From: Candidatus Poribacteria bacterium
GTDB taxonomy: Bacteria > Poribacteria > WGA-4E > PCPOR2b
Direction of reading: 5' to 3'
DNA: 64,000 nt
Assembly (NCBI GenBank): GCA_022826645.1
Contig: JAJDUM010000063.1
Location: 11,657 to 75,656, forward strand
The notes beneath the pieces are model-generated. The model was not told the DNA's origin. It did not search any database and worked only from the letters and a program-made list of their open reading frames with translations. Both the position numbers and the translations under genes were made by a program. Of this stretch, positions 41,760-50,579 are shown in pieces. Position 1 is the stretch's first letter. Each line of letters opens with the position of its first letter.

Positions 41760-42653
41760 ATGAAAATTGGCATCATCTCCTTTGGTACGCAAAACCATGC
41801 TACACGACGCTTGGTTGAAGCGACCCTCGCAGCCGGACACATACCGAAAGTTCTCAACCCTTTTGGATTCTATCTGCATATCGGCAGTTTAGGGGCGTCT
41901 ATCTACTACGAAGAAACCCCTGCCACAGATTTCGATGTCGTACTCCCGCGTCTGAGTGCTGCAACTGCACGATATGGCGAGGAGGTGGTAGCACATCTTG
42001 AGTGGAATGACACACCGGTAGTCAATCGATCATACGCGATTGTAAACGCCCGAAATAAGTTCCGTACCCTCCGTATCCTTGCCCAGCATGGCTTACCTGT
42101 CCCACCCAGCTTTGCTGCAGGTTCAGCTCGTCATGTGGATCGATCTGCAGAGCAGACCGGCGAATACCCTTTCATAATGAAACCCTTCGAGGGAACCCAC
42201 GGCAATGCAATTTTGCTGCTCGACACGCCGGGTTCTCTGACATCGGCGATTGATGCAATGTGTGATCTCCACCAAGACTATGTCATCCAACCTTTTATCG
42301 AAGAATCGGCGGGGAACGATCTGCGCGTGATTGTCGTCGGGGGAAGGGTTGTGGCTGCCATGAGAAGGACGGCACAGGAAGGCGAGTTCCGAGCAAACGT
42401 TCATCGCGGTGGACAAGGACATCCTGTGGAGCTTCACGGCGAATATATTGATACCGCAATCCGGGCTACCGAAGCGATGGAATTAAGTATTGCGGGGGTA
42501 GATCTGTTGGAGACACAAGCGGGACCCATGGTGTTGGAGGTCAATCCCTCGCCGGGGTTTGAAGAAATTGAAGCGGTTACCGGAATCAAAGTCGCAGAGG
42601 CAATGATTGCGTTTGCTGTCGAATATTCTCAGGCTGCAAGAAAAATACGCTAA
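41760..42653 (+). CDS. RimK-family ATP-grasp ligase (alpha-L-glutamate ligase-like)
   Basis: Start at MKIGIISFG (ATG 41760; track ORF begins at TTG 41709); ATP-grasp motifs FIMKPFEGTHGNAILLL, YVIQPFIEESAGNDLRVIVVGGRVVAAMRR, VDLLETQAGPMVLEVNPSPGF. Confidence 0.8.
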   Translation: MKIGIISFGTQNHATRRLVEATLAAGHIPKVLNPFGFYLHIGSLGASIYYEETPATDFDVVLPRLSAATARYGEEVVAHLEWNDTPVVNRSYAIVNARNKFRTLRILAQHGLPVPPSFAAGSARHVDRSAEQTGEYPFIMKPFEGTHGNAILLLDTPGSLTSAIDAMCDLHQDYVIQPFIEESAGNDLRVIVVGGRVVAAMRRTAQEGEFRANVHRGGQGHPVELHGEYIDTAIRATEAMELSIAGVDLLETQAGPMVLEVNPSPGFEEIEAVTGIKVAEAMIAFAVEYSQAARKIR

Positions 42654-42658
42654 TTTTT

Positions 42659-42776
42659 ATCGCTCATGTTAAGAATTAGTGCAACAGCACCAACTTGCCT
42701 CAAAAACCGTAGGCGGGGCATCTTGCCCCGCCCTCAACGCTTTCACCGTAATTGCACTCGGTTTTTACATGAGCCA
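42659..42776 (+). repeat. 118-bp intergenic repeat element copy B
   Basis: ~95% identical to 30353-30470; begins 6 bp after RimK-like stop codon. Confidence 0.85.
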
Positions 42777-42924
42777 TTTTTATTACTGATGAGCCAATAT
42801 AGTACGGTATGAGTAGAAAGAGGGTTTAAAGTTTAACCAACGTACACTTGCAGCTTGGTGCAGATTAGCAGGGATTCGATAGCTAAATTGCTACATGATA
42901 TAACGTTAGAGGGTTAGGATACCC

Positions 42925-43782
42925 ATGATCATTGACTGTCATACCCATTTCTGGCGATATCCGGGGGAACTCACCGAGGAACTCGCCCGCGAAACTTACA
43001 TCATGCGTCAACAAGAGGTTGATTTGGACATCACACCGGAGATGCATGCCTCCGCTGTGGCAAAAGCAGACCGTGCCATTGTGTTTGGACTGCGCGCACC
43101 GCTTACTGGATTCCTTACAGTCAACGACACCGTAGCCGAATATATCCGCACGGATCCGAAGAAACTGATAGGCTTTGCAGCAATCTGCCCAACTGAAGAT
43201 CACGCACTTGAGGAGGTGGACCGGGCTGTTCAAAAGTTGGGGCTTCGTGGGCTGAAGATGAGTCCAATCTACGGTGGCTGGGATCCGCTGGACCCACGTG
43301 CCCTGAAAATCTTTGCGCGCGCTGAGGAGCTTGGGCTGCCAATCATGTTACATCAAGGCACAACCTATCCCCGGAAAGCGCCGCTCAAGTACGCCAATCC
43401 GGTTCTCCTCGAAGATATCGCACTGCGTTACCCTGATCTGAAGATGATCATCGCCCATATCGGACACCCTTGGGAAGCCGAAGCCATTGTCCTTATCCGC
43501 AAGCAACCCAATGTTTTCGCCGATATCTCCGCCCTATTCTACCGTCCTTGGCAATACTACAACTCGCTACGGTTGGCGGTCGAATACGGTGTCGCCGACA
43601 AGCTGCTTTTCGGCACCGATTATCCTATAACCACTTTCGATGAATCCGTCAAGGGCCTACACGATGTTGTTAAACTCTCCCAAGAGATGCGACTACCTCC
43701 TCTGCCGGAAGATCTGCCAGCCCAGATCTTGCATCGTGATACATTGGGACTTCTGGGCCTTGATGATCCCGCCTCCCTCTAA
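42925..43782 (+). CDS. amidohydrolase-2 family TIM-barrel metal-dependent hydrolase
   Basis: 285 aa; MIIDCHTHFW N-terminus (His pair), FGTDYP near C-term; PF04909-like. Confidence 0.75.
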   Translation: MIIDCHTHFWRYPGELTEELARETYIMRQQEVDLDITPEMHASAVAKADRAIVFGLRAPLTGFLTVNDTVAEYIRTDPKKLIGFAAICPTEDHALEEVDRAVQKLGLRGLKMSPIYGGWDPLDPRALKIFARAEELGLPIMLHQGTTYPRKAPLKYANPVLLEDIALRYPDLKMIIAHIGHPWEAEAIVLIRKQPNVFADISALFYRPWQYYNSLRLAVEYGVADKLLFGTDYPITTFDESVKGLHDVVKLSQEMRLPPLPEDLPAQILHRDTLGLLGLDDPASL

Positions 43783-43873
43783 AAAATCGGACTGACGTAG
43801 CTATAAACAGCCAGTTCAACCCCCACTCCACTGGATATGGAAGATTGCCGTGCCTTAATATCCTTAAGGTATG

Positions 43874-45277
43874 CTAAAACTTCCGCCACGCCCCTTCGGT
43901 AGCAGCGTTAATAAGTGCCCGTTCTTTCTGGCTGCGTTGTATCCGTTGCTCTAAATCAACCGGGTCCCAGTCAGATAGCAGCCGTGCCTGTAGGTCTTTG
44001 AGGATTGACTGATAGGTGCTATCCTCGGCGAGATCTTGGAATTCATTCGGATCGGTTTCAACGTCGTAGAGTTGGGGCGGGTCGCCCAAGCTATAGATAA
44101 GTTTATATCTACCCCGCCGAAGCATCGCGACCGGACGTTGCACACCGTGCGCCAGGTATTCGGAAAAGGCTTCGTCCTTCCACCCCTCCGCTTCTCCACG
44201 CATTAAAGGAAGCAGGCTATCGCCATCCAGAGGCGTGATAGGTGTTGCACCTGCGATCTCAACAATGGTGGAAATAAGGTCTACAAGCGATACAACCTCA
44301 TCAACCCGATGTCCGGCAGGCAAATGTCCGGGCCAAGCAATTTGAAGTGGGACACGAGCGGAGGCTTCATAGAAGTTAGACTTCCGCCACATGCCGTGCT
44401 CACCGTTCATTTCACCGTGATCGCTGGTATACACAATTACAGTGTTATCCAACTGCCCAGTCTCTTCGAGGGCTTCAAAAAGACGACCGATTTTTTCGTC
44501 GAGGTAGGTAATGAGACCGTAGTAACCTGCACGTCCTCTCCGGACCAATTCTTCAGGAAAATCAACGCAACCAAACATACTCCGCATCCGCTTGAAGACA
44601 GGATGCTGGTTTTCCAAATGTCCCTCCGGAATCTCTGGAAGGTCAATCTCATCCAGAGGGTACAGATCCCAAAATCGTTGCGGCACCACGAGTGGGAAAT
44701 GAGGTGCGATGAAAGAGACGTTGAGTGCCCAAGGCTGATCCTTGCGTGCCGGATCGCGGAGGTAGGTCAATGCTCGTTCCTCAGCCAGATCGTCTACTTC
44801 GATTTCCGTGGTGGTTCCCGGACCTGCCTCCTCAAGCCCATACCATGGACGGTTTGCAGCAGGAGTGCCGTTTTCCCAATCAAGGATACCGTGATCGTTC
44901 TCGGCGTGGAGGTCACGGGCAAGTTGGGAGCGGAATCCGTGAAGTTGGTCTAGTCCTTCGAAGTGCTGCTTTCCAGACAGGACTGCATCGTAACCGACGC
45001 CGCGCAACAGATGTGCCCAAGTGACAGTATCAGACGGGAGCGGGGTTGCGTTGTCCCAAGCACCGATGTGATGAATGTAACGACCTGTCATGAAGGACAT
45101 CCGTGAAGGCATACAGAGGGGAGAGTTGCAGTAGGCGTTACTGAATGTAACACCGTCGGCAGCGAGGCGATCCAGATGCGGGGTCTTGACCAAAGGATGT
45201 CCGTAAGGACCACTGTACATCGGGGCATGTTCGTCGGACATGATGAGCAGGATATTGGGCAGATTTGAGGTGTTCAT
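43874..45277 (-). CDS. sulfatase (Cys-type, formylglycine-dependent), no signal peptide
   Basis: 467 aa; ILLIMSDEHA metal-binding N-term, CMPSR (C-x-P-x-R) FGly motif, GKQH lysine-histidine motif. Confidence 0.9.
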   Translation of the reverse strand: MNTSNLPNILLIMSDEHAPMYSGPYGHPLVKTPHLDRLAADGVTFSNAYCNSPLCMPSRMSFMTGRYIHHIGAWDNATPLPSDTVTWAHLLRGVGYDAVLSGKQHFEGLDQLHGFRSQLARDLHAENDHGILDWENGTPAANRPWYGLEEAGPGTTTEIEVDDLAEERALTYLRDPARKDQPWALNVSFIAPHFPLVVPQRFWDLYPLDEIDLPEIPEGHLENQHPVFKRMRSMFGCVDFPEELVRRGRAGYYGLITYLDEKIGRLFEALEETGQLDNTVIVYTSDHGEMNGEHGMWRKSNFYEASARVPLQIAWPGHLPAGHRVDEVVSLVDLISTIVEIAGATPITPLDGDSLLPLMRGEAEGWKDEAFSEYLAHGVQRPVAMLRRGRYKLIYSLGDPPQLYDVETDPNEFQDLAEDSTYQSILKDLQARLLSDWDPVDLEQRIQRSQKERALINAATEGAWRKF

Positions 45278-45484
45278 GGAAGGACTCCTTTATAATTGAA
45301 GTAAGGGATAAACACTAAGGTTTCTACCTGCTATAGTGTCTACATTGTAACACGGTTTGATCGAGAGGACATAGTGATTTTATTTGACCTATCATGAGGA
45401 ACTAAGGTAAAATAAAGACAACTAGCCTCTTTCCACTAATGGGTTGAAGCGAGGAAGTTTTTTTATACGAGAAAGGAATCTTTC

Positions 45485-45997
45485 ATGGCAACAAGATCAA
45501 TCACAATCCGCGAATACCTTCCACCAGAACATGACTTGGATTTATCAGCTGAGGCGCCCGATGATATCGCTTCTTATAAAGTGATGGGCTTAGCCGATCC
45601 CTTGTCAAGTGCGGAGGTGCAAATCGCGGTTGATACGTGGCGTCAGATCCAACGTCAAAAAGCAACAATTCAAATCGTTGATGTCGATACTGACCTCATC
45701 GCACTCTCATCGGTTCAGTTACGTCAAATACTTGAGGAACTCATCGAGCGAAACACGATGAAAGTGATCGTAAATCTCAGTAGGAGTCGTCGAATTGATA
45801 GCTCAGGATTAGGCATCTTGGTCAGCAAATCTAATGAATTGAGACAAAACGGCGGTGACCTCAAGGTCTACGGGTTATCTGAAACACTCACACGCATTTT
45901 CAATCAATTAGGCGCATCGAATCTGGAGAAGTTTATCTACCAAAACGAACGAGACGCCCTCGCGGATTTTGAGTTAGATAGGGATACAGGTGTATAA
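45485..45997 (+). CDS. STAS-domain protein (anti-sigma-factor antagonist-like) with ~70-aa N-terminal extension
   Basis: 170 aa; C-terminal VNLSRSRRIDSSGLGILV...GGDLKVYGLSETLTRIFNQLG typical SpoIIAA-like STAS. Confidence 0.7.
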   Translation: MATRSITIREYLPPEHDLDLSAEAPDDIASYKVMGLADPLSSAEVQIAVDTWRQIQRQKATIQIVDVDTDLIALSSVQLRQILEELIERNTMKVIVNLSRSRRIDSSGLGILVSKSNELRQNGGDLKVYGLSETLTRIFNQLGASNLEKFIYQNERDALADFELDRDTGV

Positions 45998-46044
45998 CTT
46001 GGTTTTAACGGTCATGTTGTCTTTCGTTGTTACCCGCGAAAACC

Positions 46045-46704
46045 ATGCTACCTCGCTTAGGTGTTCACGATGACTTTATGGATACCCCATTCGAATTGAC
46101 GCCCACCCTCGTTGGGTTTTCAGGCGGAAGTGGATCTGGCAAAACAACACTTGTCGCAGCGATTCAAAAACGGCTCGGCGAGCATAGATCCGTCGTATTG
46201 AGTCTAGATGCCTATTACAAAGATCTCAGTCACCTTTCCCTTAGAGAGCGGGCAGAGGTAAATTTTGATCATCCGGACGCGTTGGACGTCCAGTTATTGA
46301 CTCAACAGATACGCCAACTCAGATGTGGACAGGCTGTTGAGGTGCCACGCTACAACTTCACGACGCACACGCGCCGCCCTGAAACCCGCACGCTTCAGCC
46401 CAAGGCGCTCGTCCTGATCGAAGGAATTCTGCTGTTCACATTTGACTCTATCCGGCCACTGCTCGATCTGAAAGTATTCGTCGACGTGCCTCCTGATATC
46501 CGATTTATCCGTCGATTGGTGCGCGACATCCAAGAACGTGGACGCACGGTGGATTCGTGCATCCAGCAGTATTATGCAACGACGCGGCCTATGCACTTTG
46601 CTTGGGTTGAACCGAGCGAGAAATTTGCAGATGTGAGCGTTTCGAGTGAAGAGAAGGTTGAAATCCTTGCGACACTTCTCATTGAGCGTATTGAACGTTT
46701 GTAG
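46045..46704 (+). CDS. udk: uridine kinase
   Basis: P-loop GFSGGSGSGKTT, PRK/UDK family motifs (LDAYYKD, DHPDALD, EGILLF); start uncertain (TTG 46027 / ATG 46045 / ATG 46078). Confidence 0.85.
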   Translation: MLPRLGVHDDFMDTPFELTPTLVGFSGGSGSGKTTLVAAIQKRLGEHRSVVLSLDAYYKDLSHLSLRERAEVNFDHPDALDVQLLTQQIRQLRCGQAVEVPRYNFTTHTRRPETRTLQPKALVLIEGILLFTFDSIRPLLDLKVFVDVPPDIRFIRRLVRDIQERGRTVDSCIQQYYATTRPMHFAWVEPSEKFADVSVSSEEKVEILATLLIERIERL

Positions 46705-46813
46705 GTGCTCCGACTTCCGCCTGCCGACCTACGCAACGTCTCAGAGTTTATCTAGCGGAGGCTTGAGATTCACAATGATTGGGAATCTCACTTAAGACTT
46801 AGGAGAAAATTCC

Positions 46814-47689
46814 ATGGACAGCAATAAATTTGTCATGTCCGATGAGGAAAAGTACTTTTTCGACCTCACGGGCTACCTCGTCGTTCGTGGTGCGCTGACG
46901 CCAGAAGAGGTTGACGTATGTAATGCCACAATTAACCACTATGCCGAGAAAATTCGAGCCCGTTCGGTTGATGATGGTGGGCTTGCCCGCGGATCATCAA
47001 CACTTCAGGGACAAACAGGACGATTGGAACTGACGGGGATGTTAGGGTGGGAGAAACCCTATCGAGAACCTTTCCGCGATCTACTCGTCCATCCGGTCGT
47101 TGTCTCCCGCCTAAACGGAATGTGCGGGAAAGGGTTTCGGCTTGATCATGGACCGTTGATGATTGGGGCGACAGCGGGAACGGAAGGGCATCAACTACAT
47201 GGAGCGGGCGAACCGTTCAGCGCGGCTGTCTGGTATCATCAGCAGAACGGAACTATCTACTGTCGGGGTGTTACTGTGGCATGGCAACTCACTGACGTCA
47301 ATGAAGGTGATGGAGGGTTTGCAGTGGTTCCCGGAAGCCACAAATCCTGTGAACCCACACCTGAAAGTGTCCGGAGCGTGGAAGACGACATGGGACTGGC
47401 TGTGCAACCGGCGATGAAGGCAGGGGATGTCCTCTTTTTTGCAGAAACTGCCACCCACGGCACGCTCCCTTGGACGGGTAAGGGTGAACGGCGCTCCATA
47501 CTCTACAAATATGCATCCCGCGGCGTTGCCCGCGCGGTTGGTCGATTTTTTACCCCTGAAGCACGCTTTGGCGACTGGACGAAAACCCTCTCGCCTGAAC
47601 AGTATGCCGTACTTTACGGTCCGGGTGTTCATACAGGGGGCGACCTTCCATTGCTTAAATCTGACGGAAAGAAAACTTGGGTTGCATAG
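46814..47689 (+). CDS. PhyH family dioxygenase (tandem paralog 1)
   Basis: 291 aa; FFDLTGYLVVRGALTPEEV N-terminus. Confidence 0.8.
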   Translation: MDSNKFVMSDEEKYFFDLTGYLVVRGALTPEEVDVCNATINHYAEKIRARSVDDGGLARGSSTLQGQTGRLELTGMLGWEKPYREPFRDLLVHPVVVSRLNGMCGKGFRLDHGPLMIGATAGTEGHQLHGAGEPFSAAVWYHQQNGTIYCRGVTVAWQLTDVNEGDGGFAVVPGSHKSCEPTPESVRSVEDDMGLAVQPAMKAGDVLFFAETATHGTLPWTGKGERRSILYKYASRGVARAVGRFFTPEARFGDWTKTLSPEQYAVLYGPGVHTGGDLPLLKSDGKKTWVA

Positions 47690-47748
47690 TAAAACCGAGT
47701 CAACACAGTTGCCGCACGGATATAACCCGCGAAATAGAGAGAGGCAAA

Positions 47749-48609
47749 ATGGACAAACGTGAACGCTACTTCTGGGACCTTACCGGATACCTTATCCTCA
47801 GAAATGTACTGACCGCCGATGAAATTGCGGCAGCCAATGAAGCGATAGATCACTGTGCCGATCAAATTTATGTTGGTGGCTCCAACGAGGGGGCCCGGGA
47901 TTCTCAGGCTCTGAGAGGCACCGAAGCGCGCACCCTCCACAGTCTACTTGAACTGGAAGAACCGTATTGTGATCCTTTCCGCAAGATGCTCGTGCATCCA
48001 CAGATCATCATGCGCCTCAATGTAATGTGTGGAACAGGCTTCCGTTTCGATCACGGTCCTTGGGTGACCGATAGTGTGAAAGGTACCGAAGGGCTGACCC
48101 TGCACGGGCAGGGCGAACCGCACAGACCCTACGTCGCCTACCATCATCAGAATAATAGGATGCACTGCGGTGGAGTGACTGTAACTTGGCAGCTCACTGA
48201 TATCAACGCGGGTGATGGGGGATTCGCCTGCGTTCCCGGTAGCCACAAATCGAGATTTGCCATGCCCCATGGCGTGCGAACCTGCGACGACGATATGGGG
48301 GTGGTCATCCAACCGGAACTGAAGGCGGGGGACGTGATTTTCTTCATGGACGGTGCCCAAACGCACGGCACACTCCCTTGGCGCGCTGAACATCGTCGGC
48401 GATCGGTGCTCTTCAAATACGCTGACCGAACCTCTGTACGGACAGGTGCAGCCCGGGAAATAGCACCTCCGGAAATCTATTGGGGAGAGGAACTTGTGGA
48501 AGGTATGACAGAAGCGCAACGTGCCGTTATGCATGGACCTTGTTCATCACTCCACTCCAGCAAGCTCGCGGTGGACGCAGACGGCACCGTTCGTGTCGAG
48601 GATGATTAG
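47749..48609 (+). CDS. PhyH family dioxygenase (tandem paralog 2)
   Basis: Start at MDKRERYFWDLTGYLILRNVLTADEI (GAGAGG SD); track ORF starts upstream at 47677 overlapping previous gene. Confidence 0.8.
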   Translation: MDKRERYFWDLTGYLILRNVLTADEIAAANEAIDHCADQIYVGGSNEGARDSQALRGTEARTLHSLLELEEPYCDPFRKMLVHPQIIMRLNVMCGTGFRFDHGPWVTDSVKGTEGLTLHGQGEPHRPYVAYHHQNNRMHCGGVTVTWQLTDINAGDGGFACVPGSHKSRFAMPHGVRTCDDDMGVVIQPELKAGDVIFFMDGAQTHGTLPWRAEHRRRSVLFKYADRTSVRTGAAREIAPPEIYWGEELVEGMTEAQRAVMHGPCSSLHSSKLAVDADGTVRVEDD

Positions 48610-48783
48610 GCTGGTCCAAATAGAAATTTTGCGCCGGTTATAAAAAATATAGGAGGGGAGAAAGTCCAACATATCTGTTTTTGAAACGGTTTTCTCTGGT
48701 TGAACGTTCTAATGTATTGAGTGGCCTTCGTAAACCCGTATAGTGTCAATCGGCATTAATGGGTTGCAAGAGTTAGCTCAACA

Positions 48784-49089
48784 TTGATGTTACACCAGGA
48801 GAGAACGATGTCTCTGATACAAGCAGTACTATCTCGCTACAGCGCAATCAACCCGTTAGTAGGGCTTTCCTCAACAGCGCTGCGTTTATATGGTGCGCTG
48901 GAGGTTTTTCGCGATACCTATCAATCTCCAATGAAGGATGGTTGGTTCCGGGCGCCTCAGTTAGATAAACGGCTGCAACAGATCAGTCTGTCCAAGTGGG
49001 AAATTGAGAAAGGATTCACAGAACTGATAGATGCCGGATTGCTCCAGATACGGACCGAACGCAACACCCGGTGGTTTCAACTTAAATGA
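48784..49089 (+). CDS. hypothetical small protein (possible winged-helix)
   Basis: 101 aa; KWEIEKGFTELIDAGLLQIR resembles wHTH recognition region; weak. Confidence 0.3.
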   Translation: MMLHQERTMSLIQAVLSRYSAINPLVGLSSTALRLYGALEVFRDTYQSPMKDGWFRAPQLDKRLQQISLSKWEIEKGFTELIDAGLLQIRTERNTRWFQLK

Positions 49090-49694
49090 TTGAAAGCCCC
49101 CAATCGGATAATACCCTCCCCAATATCATCCTTGCGTCAGAATCGCCACGCCGTGCAGATTTGCTCAAGCAAATTGGGCTTGAATTTGAAGTATCCCCCA
49201 GCGAAATAGAAGAGCCACAAATTACAGCGTCTCCAACAATTGCTGTCCAGGAACTTGCCATTCTAAAAGCAAGAACGGTCGCTGCCAAGTTCGATGCAGG
49301 GATCGTGATCGGCGCGGATACCGTTGTCGTCATTGATGGGCAGCCAATCGGCAAGCCGGAGAATGATGCACACGCTATCCAAATCTTAAGGCGACTCAGC
49401 GGAAACCAGCATGAGGTAATCACCGGCGTTGCGTTAATTGATATCAAAAGAAAAAACGAAGTGGTATGGGCAGAACAGACAGCCGTTTATTTTAGGACAT
49501 TGCATGAATCAGAAATCGTAGCATATATCCGCAGCGGCGAACCGTCCGATAAGGCCGGAGCTTACGGTATACAAGGCAGGGCTGGTGCTTTCGTTGAGCG
49601 AATCGAGGGCTGCTACTTCAACGTGGTGGGGCTTCCGTTAGCAAGTCTGACTGTACAGCTACGGAAACAGCTTGAAAGCCATTCAGACTGCTAA
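49086..49694 (+). CDS. maf: Maf-like nucleoside triphosphate pyrophosphatase
   Basis: 202 aa; IILASESPRRADLL, GADTVV, AGAYGIQG motifs. Confidence 0.85.
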   Translation: MIESPQSDNTLPNIILASESPRRADLLKQIGLEFEVSPSEIEEPQITASPTIAVQELAILKARTVAAKFDAGIVIGADTVVVIDGQPIGKPENDAHAIQILRRLSGNQHEVITGVALIDIKRKNEVVWAEQTAVYFRTLHESEIVAYIRSGEPSDKAGAYGIQGRAGAFVERIEGCYFNVVGLPLASLTVQLRKQLESHSDC

Positions 49695-49825
49695 CAAAAG
49701 AATCGATCAGAAAACGTACGTGATGAACTAAAAAGGCAGTTATAGCCTTTCAAACGGACACAGATGCCCACACCATTCTGAGTTTCTGATAGTGTTTGGC
49801 GATGGTCGCTAATGGCGCTTTGATC

Positions 49826-50488
49826 ATGAAAATTCTTGGCATTGATACATCAACCCCTATCGGCAGCGTCGGTTTGATTGATGGAGAGCGTTTCGTCGCT
49901 GAACATACACTCAGTATCGTGAAAGCCCATTCATCAAGGCTCATGCCCGCTATAGACCAGATTTTAAAGTGGGCGGATCTTACCGCACACGATCTTGACG
50001 CATGTGCTGTTGGGATAGGACCAGGATCATTTACGGGCATCCGAATCGGGGTAGGCACAGTTAAATCGCTCTGCTACGCTCTCAAGAAACCGATTATCGG
50101 CGTCTCAACGCTGGAGGCAATTGCATATAACCTCCGCTACACCGGCAAGTTAATCTGCCCGATCCTCGATGCGCGGAAAGATGAGGTGTACGGTGCGGTC
50201 TTTCGTGGGGGAAAAAATCTCGTGCGACAGTCGGATGATCTCTGCGTACCGATTGAAACGCTGCTGAGTAAGATCGACGACGCTGCAATTTTTGTTGGCG
50301 ATGGTTTGCAGCGATACGCCCCCGTTGTTAAGGAACAATTGGGTGATAACGTGCCCCTTGCTGATCCAATCTTTAACGTGCCGCGTGGTGCAAGCATCGC
50401 ACGAATTGGCTACAACCAATTGCTCAACGGGAGATCTGACAATTACTTTTCACTGACACCTAACTATGTCCGCGACAGCGTTACGTAG
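49826..50488 (+). CDS. tsaB: tRNA threonylcarbamoyladenosine biosynthesis protein TsaB
   Basis: Start at MKILGIDTST; GIGPGSFTGIRIGV motif of inactive Kae1/YeaZ homolog. Confidence 0.85.
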   Translation: MKILGIDTSTPIGSVGLIDGERFVAEHTLSIVKAHSSRLMPAIDQILKWADLTAHDLDACAVGIGPGSFTGIRIGVGTVKSLCYALKKPIIGVSTLEAIAYNLRYTGKLICPILDARKDEVYGAVFRGGKNLVRQSDDLCVPIETLLSKIDDAAIFVGDGLQRYAPVVKEQLGDNVPLADPIFNVPRGASIARIGYNQLLNGRSDNYFSLTPNYVRDSVT

Positions 50489-50579
50489 ATCGTCTGGTGC
50501 GTTGTATGACGCTACCTGAACTAAACATCACCGTCCTTCCTGTCGCACTCAAAGCATCATTATCGTCCATCTATTGAAT

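Noticed and set aside
22679-42731. RAYT (REP-associated tyrosine transposase) gene associated with the REP-like elements
   Set aside because: No IS200/IS605-like HUH Y1 transposase ORF (~150-170 aa) is present in the window. The only small unassigned ORF (48784-49089) lacks the HUH motif.
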